DNA of 64,000 bases from Gemmatimonadales bacterium (GCA_036265815.1 DATAOI010000113.1:16300-80299); one strand, 5' to 3'; positions 37,323 through 49,882 are shown, counted from the stretch's first letter. Notes: generated by a model from the letters alone, not told the origin. Translations and numbers: made by a program.

Positions 37323-39197
37323 TCAGGTCGGCGGAGTATAGCCCTGGCTCGCCACCGGTTCAATCGGCGCCGCCTGCAGCACCTCCAGCGCCACCGGCAC
37401 CCGCCCGAGCGGCGCCGAGACCTGTGCGCCCTGAACCCGCTCCGCGGCGGCCGAAAGCATCTCCTGAGAGATCCGCACCCCTTCAGCCAGCGCCTCCTCT
37501 TTCCCCTTGCTGCTGGCCTGCCGCATGCGCTCGAGGACGCTGTCGGGCACGGTGATCCCGGGGACCTCGTTGGCCAGGAATTCGGCGTTCCGGAGGGAGA
37601 TGAGTGGCCAGATTCCGGCCACGATGGGGATCCGGAAGCTCTCCACTCGGGCGAGGAAGCGGTCCAGCTGAGCCAGATCGAAGACCGGCTGAGTGATCGC
37701 GAACTCGGCCCCGGCCTCGACCTTCCAGGCGAACCGCTTGAGCTCCCGGTCGAGGTCCGGTGCTGCAGGGTTCACGCCCACGCCGATGACGAACCTCGTC
37801 GGCTGGCCGATAGGGTTCCCCCCGGGGTCGAGCCCGCGGTTCAGGCGAGACACCAGGTTGGTCAGACCGATGCTGTCGATGTCGAAGACCGCCGTCGCCT
37901 CGGGATAGGGCCCCATCTTGGGTGGATCGCCGGTGATGATCAGCAGGTTCCGGATCCCGGCGCCTGCCGCGCCGAGCAGGTCCGAGAGCATGCCGAGCAG
38001 GTTCCGGTCCCGGCAAGCGTAGTGCACCACGGCCTCCAGGCCCACCTCGCGCTGGATCATGAGGGCGGAGAGCAGCGCGCCCATCCGGCTCTGCGCCCGC
38101 GGCCCGTCGGGCACGTTGACGGCATCCACCCCGGCGCTCTTGAGCAGCCGCACCTGGGCGAACATCGGGGCCGGGTCCACCCCCTTCGGCGGGACAATCT
38201 CGACCGTGGTGATGAACCGCCCCTCCGCCAGCTTGGCGCCGATCCGCGAGCGCTCGGCCAGGGGCACCGGGTCGGCGGCGGTGGCCGCGATGGGCGTGGC
38301 GCTCACCGAATGCACGTGCCGGGGCGACACGCTCTGCACGAACCCGACGATGGCCCGGATGTGGTCCGGCGTCGTGCCGCAGCACCCTCCCACCAGTCGG
38401 GCGCCGGCCTCGACCATGCGGCGGGCGTAGCTCGCCATGTATTCCGGCGAGGCCATGTAGATCTTCCGGTCGGCGACCTCGCGCGGCAACCCGGCGTTGG
38501 GCTGGGCGGAGAGGGGCAGGGTCACCACCCGGGCAAGCTTCTCCACCGCCTCCAGCACGCCGTGCGGGCCGACGGAGCAGTTCACCCCCACCACATCCGC
38601 GCCCATCACGGCGAGCTCGGGGCCGAAGACCACCGGATCGGTTCCGTAGTGGGTCTTCCCGTCGGTGCCGACCGTCATCTGTGCGATCACCGGCAGGTCG
38701 GAGAGGCTCCGGACGGCCTGGAACGCCGCTCCGAGCTCGGCCACGTCGCTGAACGTCTCCAGGATGAACCCGTCGACGCCGCCGGCCAGGAGTCCGCGGA
38801 CCTGTGAGACGAACGCCTCCCGCGCCTCGGCGACGGACATCTCGCCGAACGGCTCGATCCGCACCCCCAGCGGCCCGATCGCGCCGGCCACCGCGGCGCG
38901 GCCGCCCGCCGCCTCGCGGGCCAACCCGGCGGCCTCCGCATTGATCCGCTCCGTCTCGGCGGCCAGGCCATGGGTGGCGAGCTTTACCGGATTGGCGCCG
39001 AAGGTGTTGGTCTCCAGCAGCTCGGCGCCGGCCCGGACGTACTCCCGGTGGATCTCCCGCACCAGGTCGGGCTGCTTGAGATTGAGCTCGTCGTAGCACA
39101 CGTTGAGGAAGACGCCGCGGCCGTAGAGCATGGTGCCCATCGCCCCGTCCACCACGTGGACCCGGCCGTCGGCGAGCAGATCGCGTAAGGTCGGCAC
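37323..39197 (-). CDS. Bifunctional homocysteine S-methyltransferase / 5,10-methylenetetrahydrofolate reductase (YitJ-like)
   Basis: The N-terminal part reads VVDGAMGTMLY...GCCGTTPDHI (Hcy-binding domain). The C-terminal roughly 290 aa have an MTHFR-like pattern (ITTVEIVPPKG...ITGDPP...). Confidence 0.85.
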   Translation of the reverse strand: MPTLRDLLADGRVHVVDGAMGTMLYGRGVFLNVCYDELNLKQPDLVREIHREYVRAGAELLETNTFGANPVKLATHGLAAETERINAEAAGLAREAAGGRAAVAGAIGPLGVRIEPFGEMSVAEAREAFVSQVRGLLAGGVDGFILETFSDVAELGAAFQAVRSLSDLPVIAQMTVGTDGKTHYGTDPVVFGPELAVMGADVVGVNCSVGPHGVLEAVEKLARVVTLPLSAQPNAGLPREVADRKIYMASPEYMASYARRMVEAGARLVGGCCGTTPDHIRAIVGFVQSVSPRHVHSVSATPIAATAADPVPLAERSRIGAKLAEGRFITTVEIVPPKGVDPAPMFAQVRLLKSAGVDAVNVPDGPRAQSRMGALLSALMIQREVGLEAVVHYACRDRNLLGMLSDLLGAAGAGIRNLLIITGDPPKMGPYPEATAVFDIDSIGLTNLVSRLNRGLDPGGNPIGQPTRFVIGVGVNPAAPDLDRELKRFAWKVEAGAEFAITQPVFDLAQLDRFLARVESFRIPIVAGIWPLISLRNAEFLANEVPGITVPDSVLERMRQASSKGKEEALAEGVRISQEMLSAAAERVQGAQVSAPLGRVPVALEVLQAAPIEPVASQGYTPPT

Positions 39198-39198
39198 G

Positions 39199-42936
<3,738 letters not shown>

Positions 42937-43173
42937 TCGAGTCTCCGGGGGTAAACAAAGACCCCTGAAGCCAAAACGCCTCAAGGGTGAGCGTTTTAGC
43001 GGTTGTTTAACGTGGCCGCAAGCAGCGCAAATCGCCACGAGTCGATTGTCCGACCACTCAAACCTAATGGGAGGCCGGGGCCCGGCAAGGGTATCAGAGC
43101 CCCAGGCGGCGGCTGTTGCAAGCGCGAGGCCAGGAAGCGGAGCAGTGCCTCGTTGGCGGCGCCGTCCGCTCCA
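42937..43173 (-). promoter_or_regulatory. 237-nt structured leader/intergenic region upstream of metH (class unresolved)
   Basis: Two hairpins: 43011-43039 (CGTGGC/GCCACG, 17-nt loop) and 42973-42997 (10 bp with one bulge, A/U-rich base, 4-nt loop). The sequence lacks a clear B12 box. Confidence 0.3.
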
Positions 43174-43749
43174 TCACATCCAACTGAGCACGAATCCCCG
43201 GACGACGTACAGGATCAGCCATGCCACCATAGGGCTCATGTCGAACATTCCCAGGGGCGGCAGAATGCGCCGAATGGGCTCAATGAGCCAGTCGGTGGCG
43301 GCCACGACCGGGCGCATCCAGCGGGAGTACGGCGACAGCCCCAGCCAGGAGGCAATCACCCGGACGAAGATGGCGCCCATCAGCAGCGCAAAGAGCGCGT
43401 CGACCAGGAAGCGCGCCAGCGCGCGCGGACCGGAGGAGGCGACGACACTGAGGGAGACGGCCACTCCGGCGAGCCAGTGGACCAGCGTGAGCAGCAGCAG
43501 TCCCCCGAGGACCACCAGCACCACCAGCCAGAGCGGGGCATCCTGCGGGCTGCCGCCCGCTCGAATGATCCGCCGTTCCAGCGGCAGCAGGATCGGATCG
43601 CTCGCCCGGCGGACCAGGCGGGGCCACGCCCCGAACGGGCTGAGGCGGCGGCGGCGCACCGCCCAAGTGGTCAGGCCGACGATCGACGCGTACACCAGGG
43701 CGAAAACGACCAGCGCCCGGGCCCCGAGGTCGAGGGTGGGAAAAAACAC
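43174..43749 (-). CDS. YggT family membrane protein
   Basis: Two YggT-like repeats; the C-terminal one reads WLIEPIRRILPPLGMFDMSPMVAWLILYVV. Start trimmed to GTG 43749, 5 nt after the upstream stop. Confidence 0.7.
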   Translation of the reverse strand: MFFPTLDLGARALVVFALVYASIVGLTTWAVRRRRLSPFGAWPRLVRRASDPILLPLERRIIRAGGSPQDAPLWLVVLVVLGGLLLLTLVHWLAGVAVSLSVVASSGPRALARFLVDALFALLMGAIFVRVIASWLGLSPYSRWMRPVVAATDWLIEPIRRILPPLGMFDMSPMVAWLILYVVRGFVLSWM

Positions 43750-43754
43750 GACGC

Positions 43755-44201
43755 TCAGCGGTCCGGCGTGTCGCCGACCCGGACTGGTCGCTGCGCGCCC
43801 GAGGCGGTGGTGCACATCAAGGTGAAGCGGCCGCCGTTGAGCGAGGCTTCCTCCAGAATCTGGCTGTCGCCCCGGCAGGAGAGGATCTGGTGGGCCCCAG
43901 GCTTGCGGAAGGCCACGGTCACTACCGGCTCGCGCTCGAGATTCACCAGGCGCCGCACAGTGGCTCCGCTCAGACTGTCGATTCCCATCTGGCGGAAGGA
44001 GCTGGCCGGGCGCCCCATGTGGGAGCCGCGGTAATCGATGGCCCGGTCCACCAGGTCGAAAACCTCCCTGCCCAGCATCTCCGCGTCACCTGGGGGCTGG
44101 CTGGACCGGGACTGGGCCGCCGCCGGGCGGCCGGTGTCCGTCTTGCCGCACGCGGTGAGTATCAGCAGCATCGCGAGCGCGCAGGAGGTCCGCCGCCTCA
44201 T
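43755..44201 (-). CDS. Hypothetical lipoprotein
   Basis: MRRRTSCALAMLLILTACG carries a lipobox. ATGA overlap with the desaturase stop. Confidence 0.6.
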   Translation of the reverse strand: MRRRTSCALAMLLILTACGKTDTGRPAAAQSRSSQPPGDAEMLGREVFDLVDRAIDYRGSHMGRPASSFRQMGIDSLSGATVRRLVNLEREPVVTVAFRKPGAHQILSCRGDSQILEEASLNGGRFTLMCTTASGAQRPVRVGDTPDR

Positions 44202-45175
44202 TCCATCGCGAATTCGCGGTTGAACACCACCTCGAAGCTGAACGTCTTGGCCCGGCTGCGGGTCTCCATGATCTCCGCGATGCGCTTCAGCCGGGCCGGA
44301 ATTCCCATGATCTTCTCCTGCGCGATCCGGCCGAGCTCATTGAGGCCCTGGAGGCTCTCGATCTTCCAGTACCGGATCTGCTCCTGCACGATCCGCAGGT
44401 AGTCGCGCGGACCGTAGATCCCGGCCCGCCGGATCACGTCGGCCAGCTCCTTGAAGCCGGGCATGGAGACGCCGGGCATATCGATGGCGGGCAGGATGAA
44501 CGAGGCGGAATGCAGCGCCTGGTTGGGATCCCGTTCCAGAATGAGCTCGAAGACGCTTCGATAGAACGCGTAGTGCCGCGCCTCGTCCTTGGCCACATGC
44601 CCCAGCGTCTCGCCCAGCCTGGGCTCGTACTCGGACACGATGCGTCCTGTCTCACCGTGGGAGAACTGGGTGGCACGCTCCTGGACGGTGGTGTACACGA
44701 ACACCCGGTAGGGGTCGCGGTCCCACTCCGGGTGGAAGCCGCGGCGGAGATACTCGAACTGCATCTCCTCGATCTTTCGCTGGTCGAACAGGCGGGTGTC
44801 GCGGGCGTAGTCGTGGAGCACCTGCCCGTGCCGGTCCTCCTCCGCGGTCCAGAGGTTGTTCCATCTCCGCCAATGGCTCTCATCGCCCAGATACACGGCC
44901 AGCAGCCGGTGGAAGTGCGGCAGCCCCTCCTCGGTCAGCATGTTGAGGGCAAGCGCCGCCCGGATCGGATCGGGGATGCCCTCCGCCTGGGTCCGGAGCT
45001 GGCGGACGAAATCGTCGGGGCAGACACCGGGTTGGGGCTGGATCAGGTCGGCCGGGAACCAGAGCTCGCGCTTCCGCTCGTGCGCTTCCATCAACTCCTG
45101 GACCGGCCCTTCCAGGTCCCGCAGCACTTCGACTTTGGAAGCCAGTTCAATGGCCGGATCGGTGGCTGTGCCCAT
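44198..45175 (-). CDS. Soluble di-iron acyl-ACP desaturase family protein
   Basis: Two E-x-x-H type di-iron motifs (WTAEEDRHGQ and KDEARHYAFY) at the spacing typical of the FA_desaturase_2 family. Confidence 0.8.
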   Translation of the reverse strand: MGTATDPAIELASKVEVLRDLEGPVQELMEAHERKRELWFPADLIQPQPGVCPDDFVRQLRTQAEGIPDPIRAALALNMLTEEGLPHFHRLLAVYLGDESHWRRWNNLWTAEEDRHGQVLHDYARDTRLFDQRKIEEMQFEYLRRGFHPEWDRDPYRVFVYTTVQERATQFSHGETGRIVSEYEPRLGETLGHVAKDEARHYAFYRSVFELILERDPNQALHSASFILPAIDMPGVSMPGFKELADVIRRAGIYGPRDYLRIVQEQIRYWKIESLQGLNELGRIAQEKIMGIPARLKRIAEIMETRSRAKTFSFEVVFNREFAME

Positions 45176-45210
45176 GTGGTTCCTTCACGGCAGGTAGCCT
45201 TATAAGCAGA

Positions 45211-45242
45211 GGACCAGCCCCTAAAGATAGCGTGGCTGGTCC
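45211..45242 (-). terminator. Candidate terminator hairpin after the GNAT gene
   Basis: GGACCAGCC / GGCTGGTCC forms a 9-bp perfect stem with a 14-nt loop. On the minus strand it is followed by TCTGCTTATAAGG. Confidence 0.35.
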
Positions 45243-45282
45243 GGTCAATGCCAACAGTCGGCCCACCGCAGCGGCGGGGAAA

Positions 45283-45717
45283 TCAGGGGGCATCAGGCCC
45301 GATCTGCTTCTCCATCAGGTACCAGCTCCGGTGCCCGATGTAATCGTCTCGCTGAAAGATACGCCGCCACCCCAGCGCCGCCAGCAGCGCCTCCGACCGA
45401 AGGTCGTCGGTCCAGAACTCGGCGATGTGGCCCCCGGTGAGCCCCGCCCGCTCCTCGAAGGCCGCCAGCAGCCTGTGAGCGTGGCCTTGGTGCCGCTCCT
45501 GCGGCAGGACCACCACATCGACCAGATGCGCGACGCCGCCGCGGAGCCAGTACCGCAGGCCACCGATCCAGTTACCGATCTCGTTGCTCAGGACGAGATA
45601 GTGCTCATCCGGGGCGGCGGACCCCCCGTTGGGATCCTCCTCCTGGTCGAGCAGATCCGAGAACCAGGCCGAGAAGTCCTCGTCCTGTTCCATCTCCCGA
45701 ATCGTAAGTTCGCTCAT
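45283..45717 (-). CDS. GNAT family N-acetyltransferase
   Basis: VVVLPQERHQGHAHRLLAAFEE motif A-like segment; 144 aa. Confidence 0.7.
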   Translation of the reverse strand: MSELTIREMEQDEDFSAWFSDLLDQEEDPNGGSAAPDEHYLVLSNEIGNWIGGLRYWLRGGVAHLVDVVVLPQERHQGHAHRLLAAFEERAGLTGGHIAEFWTDDLRSEALLAALGWRRIFQRDDYIGHRSWYLMEKQIGPDAP

Positions 45718-45992
45718 GTGGTTACCCGCCTCCCAGAGGAAACGCGCTGACCCAATCGCAGCAACACTAATGCCAGCCGAAAAAGTTCCTGTCTGTGAAG
45801 AGGGTCACGCCAATTCGCTCGCGGCCCGCCTCCACACCAGGGAAGTATCGGAGCGAAGGAAGGAGGCTGAGTCCATTGCCCGCAAGCGGAGCCAACTCGT
45901 GCTCCGGCTAACGGTTGCCTCGGGCGATCAAGCGCCTAGTTTGCAGCGAAGAGCCCCGCTCCGGGCTCGATCTCTCGGAGGAGTCCGCCACG

Positions 45993-46445
45993 ATGCCCGA
46001 TACCGCCCGAACTGTCCGTCCAGTCGTGGTGCACTGCATATTCTGCGGGAAAGCGAACCGGGTCGATCTGACTCGATTGTCCGCCGGTCCCAAGTGCGCC
46101 CAATGTGGCCGCCCCATCCTGCTCGATCGCCCGCTCAAGGTGAGTGAGGCGGACTTCGAGTCGACCCTCAAGGGGTCGAGCGTGCCCGTGCTGGTCGACT
46201 TCTATGCCGACTGGTGCGGCCCCTGTAGAATGATGGCCCCCACCCTGGACGACTTCACCCGGCAGCACGCCGGCGAGCTCCTGGTGTTGAAGCTCGATAC
46301 CGACGCCAGCCCGGCCATCTCCACCCGGTTCGGTATCCGGGGGATCCCCACCATGATCGCGTTCCACAACGGGGTCGAGCGAAGCCGGCATGTCGGGGCC
46401 GCGGACCTCGCAACGCTGGAGGCTCTGGCCGGGCGCGCGCAGTGA
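45993..46445 (+). CDS. trxC: Thioredoxin 2 type (N-terminal zinc finger plus Trx fold)
   Basis: CIFCGKANRV...CAQCGRP (two CxxC pairs) and the WCGPC active site. ATG 45993 is preceded by GGAGGAG, so the track start at 45915 was trimmed. Confidence 0.85.
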   Translation: MPDTARTVRPVVVHCIFCGKANRVDLTRLSAGPKCAQCGRPILLDRPLKVSEADFESTLKGSSVPVLVDFYADWCGPCRMMAPTLDDFTRQHAGELLVLKLDTDASPAISTRFGIRGIPTMIAFHNGVERSRHVGAADLATLEALAGRAQ

Positions 46446-46472
46446 GCGGCGCAGCCGACCGATTGTCGCTGC

Positions 46473-47840
46473 CTAGCGCAGTCCGATGGCGGTGGCCACG
46501 CCGATCCCCAGCGCGGCCAGAGCCAGGAGCAGAGCAAAGAGCGGCAGCGTGAAACGCAGCCAGTCCTCGTAGCGCACGCCTGCCGCCGCGAGCATGGCCA
46601 TGAGAGCGCCGTTGGTCGGGGTGATGACCTCGCACAGGCCGGCCCCGTACTGGTACGCCAGCACGGTCACCTGACGGGAGAGGCCGATCAGGTCGGAGAG
46701 CGGGACCAGCAGAGGCAGCGTGAGGACCGCCTGACCGCTGGTGCTCGGGACCGGGAAGTGGACCATGGTGTGGACGGCCATCATTCCCAGCGCCGCCAGA
46801 GTCGTCGGGAGGCCCGCGATGGGGGCGAACAGTCCCTGGACGATCGTGTCCACGATGCGCCCCTCGTCCAGCACCACGTAGATCCCCCGCGCAAAGCCGA
46901 TCAGGAGCGCCGCGAACGCCATCGAGCGAAATCCTTCCACGAAGGCATCGGCGATGTCGGCCAGACGCAGGCCGCCAAGCAGACCCGCGACCACCCCCAT
47001 GAGAAAGAAGAGCGCCGAGAGCTGGTCGAAATCCCAGCCCAGTCGAAGCACCCCCAGGATGAAGAACACGAAGCTGAGCAGGACGGCGGCCAGCACCGCC
47101 GTCTGCCGCCATCCGGCGGCCTCCGCGCCGCTCCGCCCCGAGGCCCCAATCGGGTGCACCTCCGGTACTCCGCGGGTCCGCTGTGCGAAGAGCATGGTCC
47201 CCGCAATCCAGGTCAGCCACGCCGGGATCAGAAAGGCGATTCGGAACTGCCAGCCCGAGAGGAGCGGGAGCTGCGCCACCTTCTGGGCGATCCCAACCTG
47301 GAACGGGTCGATGAAGCTGAAGGACGCCCCGATTGCCGAGGCGCCGAGGCTCATCGCCACCGCAGTCAGCGGGTTGAACCCGAGCTGCCGGGTGAGCAGC
47401 AGGAGCACGGGCACGAAGGCGATCAGCTCCTCCTGCATCTGGATGAGGACGCCCCCCAGCCCGAAGGCCAGGCCGGCCGCCGGCACCACCCACAGGCCGC
47501 GCCGCGCGAGCCGGGACGCCAGCCAATTCACCAGCGCTGCCAGCGCCCCGGTCCGGTCCACCACGGCGAAGGCGCCCCCCACCAGGAAGACGTAAAAGAT
47601 CACAGCCGAGGCATCGGCCATGCCCTTGGGAATGGCGACCAGCGCGTGGAAGGCCCCGACCGGCTGCCCCTCAACCCGGGCAAATGTCCCCGGCACCACC
47701 ACACTCCTTCCGGTGGCGGCGTCCTCTCGGCGCTCGAACTGGCCGGCCGGAAGCAGATGGGTCAGCGCGGCCGCCAGGAGGGTACAGGCGACCAGGAGAA
47801 TCAGGGGATGGGGAAACCGGATCCGCCCGCGCTCCGGCAT
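46473..47840 (-). CDS. YfcC family (DcuC/AbgT-like) membrane transporter
   Basis: IRFPHPLILLVACTLLAAALTHLLPAGQFER is the N-terminus typical of YfcC proteins, followed by a polytopic body. Start trimmed to ATG 47840. Confidence 0.75.
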   Translation of the reverse strand: MPERGRIRFPHPLILLVACTLLAAALTHLLPAGQFERREDAATGRSVVVPGTFARVEGQPVGAFHALVAIPKGMADASAVIFYVFLVGGAFAVVDRTGALAALVNWLASRLARRGLWVVPAAGLAFGLGGVLIQMQEELIAFVPVLLLLTRQLGFNPLTAVAMSLGASAIGASFSFIDPFQVGIAQKVAQLPLLSGWQFRIAFLIPAWLTWIAGTMLFAQRTRGVPEVHPIGASGRSGAEAAGWRQTAVLAAVLLSFVFFILGVLRLGWDFDQLSALFFLMGVVAGLLGGLRLADIADAFVEGFRSMAFAALLIGFARGIYVVLDEGRIVDTIVQGLFAPIAGLPTTLAALGMMAVHTMVHFPVPSTSGQAVLTLPLLVPLSDLIGLSRQVTVLAYQYGAGLCEVITPTNGALMAMLAAAGVRYEDWLRFTLPLFALLLALAALGIGVATAIGLR

Positions 47841-47845
47841 GCCGG

Positions 47846-48118
47846 TCAAAGGGTCCGGCAGTGCCGCGTGACCGGCGGCTTGCTGGCGCAGGCGATCCGA
47901 TCGTTCATCGAGCCGGTGAGGGGCCCGCAGGCGGCGGTCTGCGCCTCCCGGAGCGCGTCCGCTTCCGAGCTGCCTGAGGCCCGGCCCGTTCCGGACCGTC
48001 CCTCGAACTCGACCGCCACACTGCACTCGGCACGCTGGCTCGAGAGGGTGGTCCAGAGGAGGAAGGCTACGAAGGCCAGTACCACCGCCACGGTGAGGGC
48101 CCGGCCCCGGGCGATCAT
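47846..48118 (-). CDS. Small membrane-anchored Cys-containing hypothetical protein
   Basis: 90 aa with one TM helix (LTVAVVLAFVAFLLW) and a soluble tail carrying 4 Cys. It ends 5 nt upstream of yfcC. Confidence 0.45.
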   Translation of the reverse strand: MIARGRALTVAVVLAFVAFLLWTTLSSQRAECSVAVEFEGRSGTGRASGSSEADALREAQTAACGPLTGSMNDRIACASKPPVTRHCRTL

Positions 48119-48153
48119 GAGGGCACGCTCCAGGCGGGTGTCAGGATGGCCGC

Positions 48154-48179
48154 GGAACCACTGGGGGGCGACCCCTGTT
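48154..48179 (+). promoter_or_regulatory. SigR/SigH-type ECF promoter candidate (GGAAC-N18-GTT)
   Basis: GGAAC at 48154-48158, an exactly 18-nt spacer, and GTT at 48177-48179. It lies 53 nt upstream of the ATG of the RsrA-like gene. Confidence 0.4.
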
Positions 48180-48231
48180 CAGCAGCGTACCGGGTGGCCG
48201 TGGGTCGCCTCGTCGAGAGAGGAGTCCGCTG

Positions 48232-48453
48232 ATGGAGTGTCCGGAGGTCAGGCTGTGTCTCTGGGAATATCTGGATCAGGAGCTCGGGGCGGAAGAGGCC
48301 GCGTCGGTCAGAGCTCATCTGAGTGACTGTACCGGCTGCCGGCCGGAGTACTGTTGCGATCGGGCCCTGCTCCTCCTCCTTGCCCGTTGCGCAGCCGCCC
48401 ACCCGGGCGCTCCTCCCCGTCTCCACCGCGCCGTTCGCGCTCGCCTGGCCTGA
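48232..48453 (+). CDS. Soluble zinc-binding anti-sigma factor-like protein (RsrA-like ZAS), no adjacent sigma gene
   Basis: 73 aa with no TM helix. An N-terminal Cys (MECPEVRLC) precedes WEYLDQEL and HLSDCTGC (H-x3-C-x2-C). A GAGGAG Shine-Dalgarno is present. Confidence 0.6.
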   Translation: MECPEVRLCLWEYLDQELGAEEAASVRAHLSDCTGCRPEYCCDRALLLLLARCAAAHPGAPPRLHRAVRARLA

Positions 48454-48490
48454 GCCCCCCGCGTGCTCACTGCAGGATTCGCCGCCTGCT

Positions 48491-49882
48491 CTACAGCAGA
48501 GTACCCCGGAGCACCAGCAGGGCGACGCTGAAATAGATCACCAGACCGGTCACGTCCACCAGCGTCGCCACGAACGGCGCGGAGGCGCTGGCCGGGTCGA
48601 AGCCGATCCGTCGGAGCACGAACGGCAGCATCGACCCGGCGAGCGAGCCGAACAGCACGACCCCCACCAGCGCCAGCGCCACCGTCTGGGCGATCAGGAC
48701 ATGGTGCGGACCATAGTCGTACCAGCCGAGGCGCTGCCACAGGAGAATCCGCATCAGGCCGATGATCCCCAGGATCGCGCCCAGCGCCAGGCCCGCCGGT
48801 AGCTCTCGCACTGCCACCCGCCACCAGTCCTTCAGCTGGACCTCCCTGAGCGCCATCGAGCGGATGATCAGCGAGGTGGCCTGGGAGCCCGAGTTGCCGC
48901 CCGAGCTGATGATGAGGGGGATGAAGAGCGCCAGCACCACGGCGTGACTGATCTCCGCCTGAAAGTGGCCCATGGCGCCGGCCGTGAGCATCTCGCCCAG
49001 AAAGAGCGCGCAGAGCCACCCGGCCCGCTTCCGGATCATCGCGCCGAGGCGGATCTGCATGTACGGCTCGTCCGTGGCGGCCATGCCGCCGAACTTCTGC
49101 ACATCCTCGGTCTGCTCGCTGATGAGCGCGTCGATGACGTCGTCCACCGTCACGATGCCGAGCACGTGGTTGCCGTCGTCGACCACCGGGATCGCCAGCA
49201 GGTTGTACTTGGAGATCAGCCGGGCCACGTCCTCCCGGTCGGTCAGTGGGCCCACGGTCACCGGCCGGCGAGAGTCGCTCACCGCGATCACCCGGTAGGC
49301 TGGGTTGGCCAGCATGATCTCCCGCAACGACACCACTGTCTCGAGCCGCTGGTCCTTGGGATTCAACACATAGATGGCGTAGACCGTCTCCTTGGCCTCG
49401 CCGACTTCGCTGATGTGGCGCTTGACCTGATCCACCGTCCAGGTGGAGGGAACCCCGACGAATTCCGTGCTCATGATGCCGCCCGCACTGGACGGCGGGT
49501 AGGCCAGGAGCAGCTTGAGCGCGTCGCGGGTAGGCGCGTCGAGGAGATGAAAGAGACGGGTGCGGTCGGCTTCCCGCAGGGTCCGGAAAAGCTCGACCTG
49601 CTGGTCCGAGGAGATCGCCTCGATCAGGGGGACGGCGGTCTGCTCGTCCAGCCGCTCGAAAATCTCTCCCCGCCGGTCGAGCTCCGGCTCGTCCAGCAGC
49701 TGGACGGCCAGGTTGAAGGGGAGCGCGGCCACGACCCGCGCGGCGGCCTCGACCGGCAGCTGGTTGAGCGCCTCGGCGACGTCCGCCGGACGGAGGTTCT
49801 CGCAGGCGGCGAGGAGGTCCTCCGCGTCGCCGGCCAGGAGATACAGCAACTCGGGCGAGGGAGGGGCCGGCAGGGCGGACAT
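48491..49882 (-). CDS. mgtE: Magnesium transporter MgtE
   Basis: MgtE N domain, tandem CBS domains and a C-terminal 5-TM domain with the GGNSGSQ motif. Confidence 0.9.
   Translation of the reverse strand: MSALPAPPSPELLYLLAGDAEDLLAACENLRPADVAEALNQLPVEAAARVVAALPFNLAVQLLDEPELDRRGEIFERLDEQTAVPLIEAISSDQQVELFRTLREADRTRLFHLLDAPTRDALKLLLAYPPSSAGGIMSTEFVGVPSTWTVDQVKRHISEVGEAKETVYAIYVLNPKDQRLETVVSLREIMLANPAYRVIAVSDSRRPVTVGPLTDREDVARLISKYNLLAIPVVDDGNHVLGIVTVDDVIDALISEQTEDVQKFGGMAATDEPYMQIRLGAMIRKRAGWLCALFLGEMLTAGAMGHFQAEISHAVVLALFIPLIISSGGNSGSQATSLIIRSMALREVQLKDWWRVAVRELPAGLALGAILGIIGLMRILLWQRLGWYDYGPHHVLIAQTVALALVGVVLFGSLAGSMLPFVLRRIGFDPASASAPFVATLVDVTGLVIYFSVALLVLRGTLL

Noticed and set aside
43116-43132. 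Sigma-54-like element TGGCCT-N6-TTGCA on the minus strand upstream of metH
   Set aside because: The GG/GC spacing is right, but the -24 box is only TGGC plus two mismatches, and there is no nearby enhancer-binding protein or palindrome. In GC-rich DNA this level of match is expected by chance. I keep it only as a note.
42937-43173. Cobalamin riboswitch in the metH leader
   Set aside because: I see no B12 box (AGYCMGG-AGACCKGCC-like) or GGGAA/GCCACUG core in the right arrangement, only a single GGCACTG resemblance. B12 control is expected for metE rather than metH.
45718-45992. SigR-type promoter, small RNA or tRNA in the 275-nt gap upstream of trxC
   Set aside because: I found no GGAAY-N18-GTT match with correct spacing, no cloverleaf-compatible sequence and no strong hairpins. 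It is most simply a divergent promoter region.
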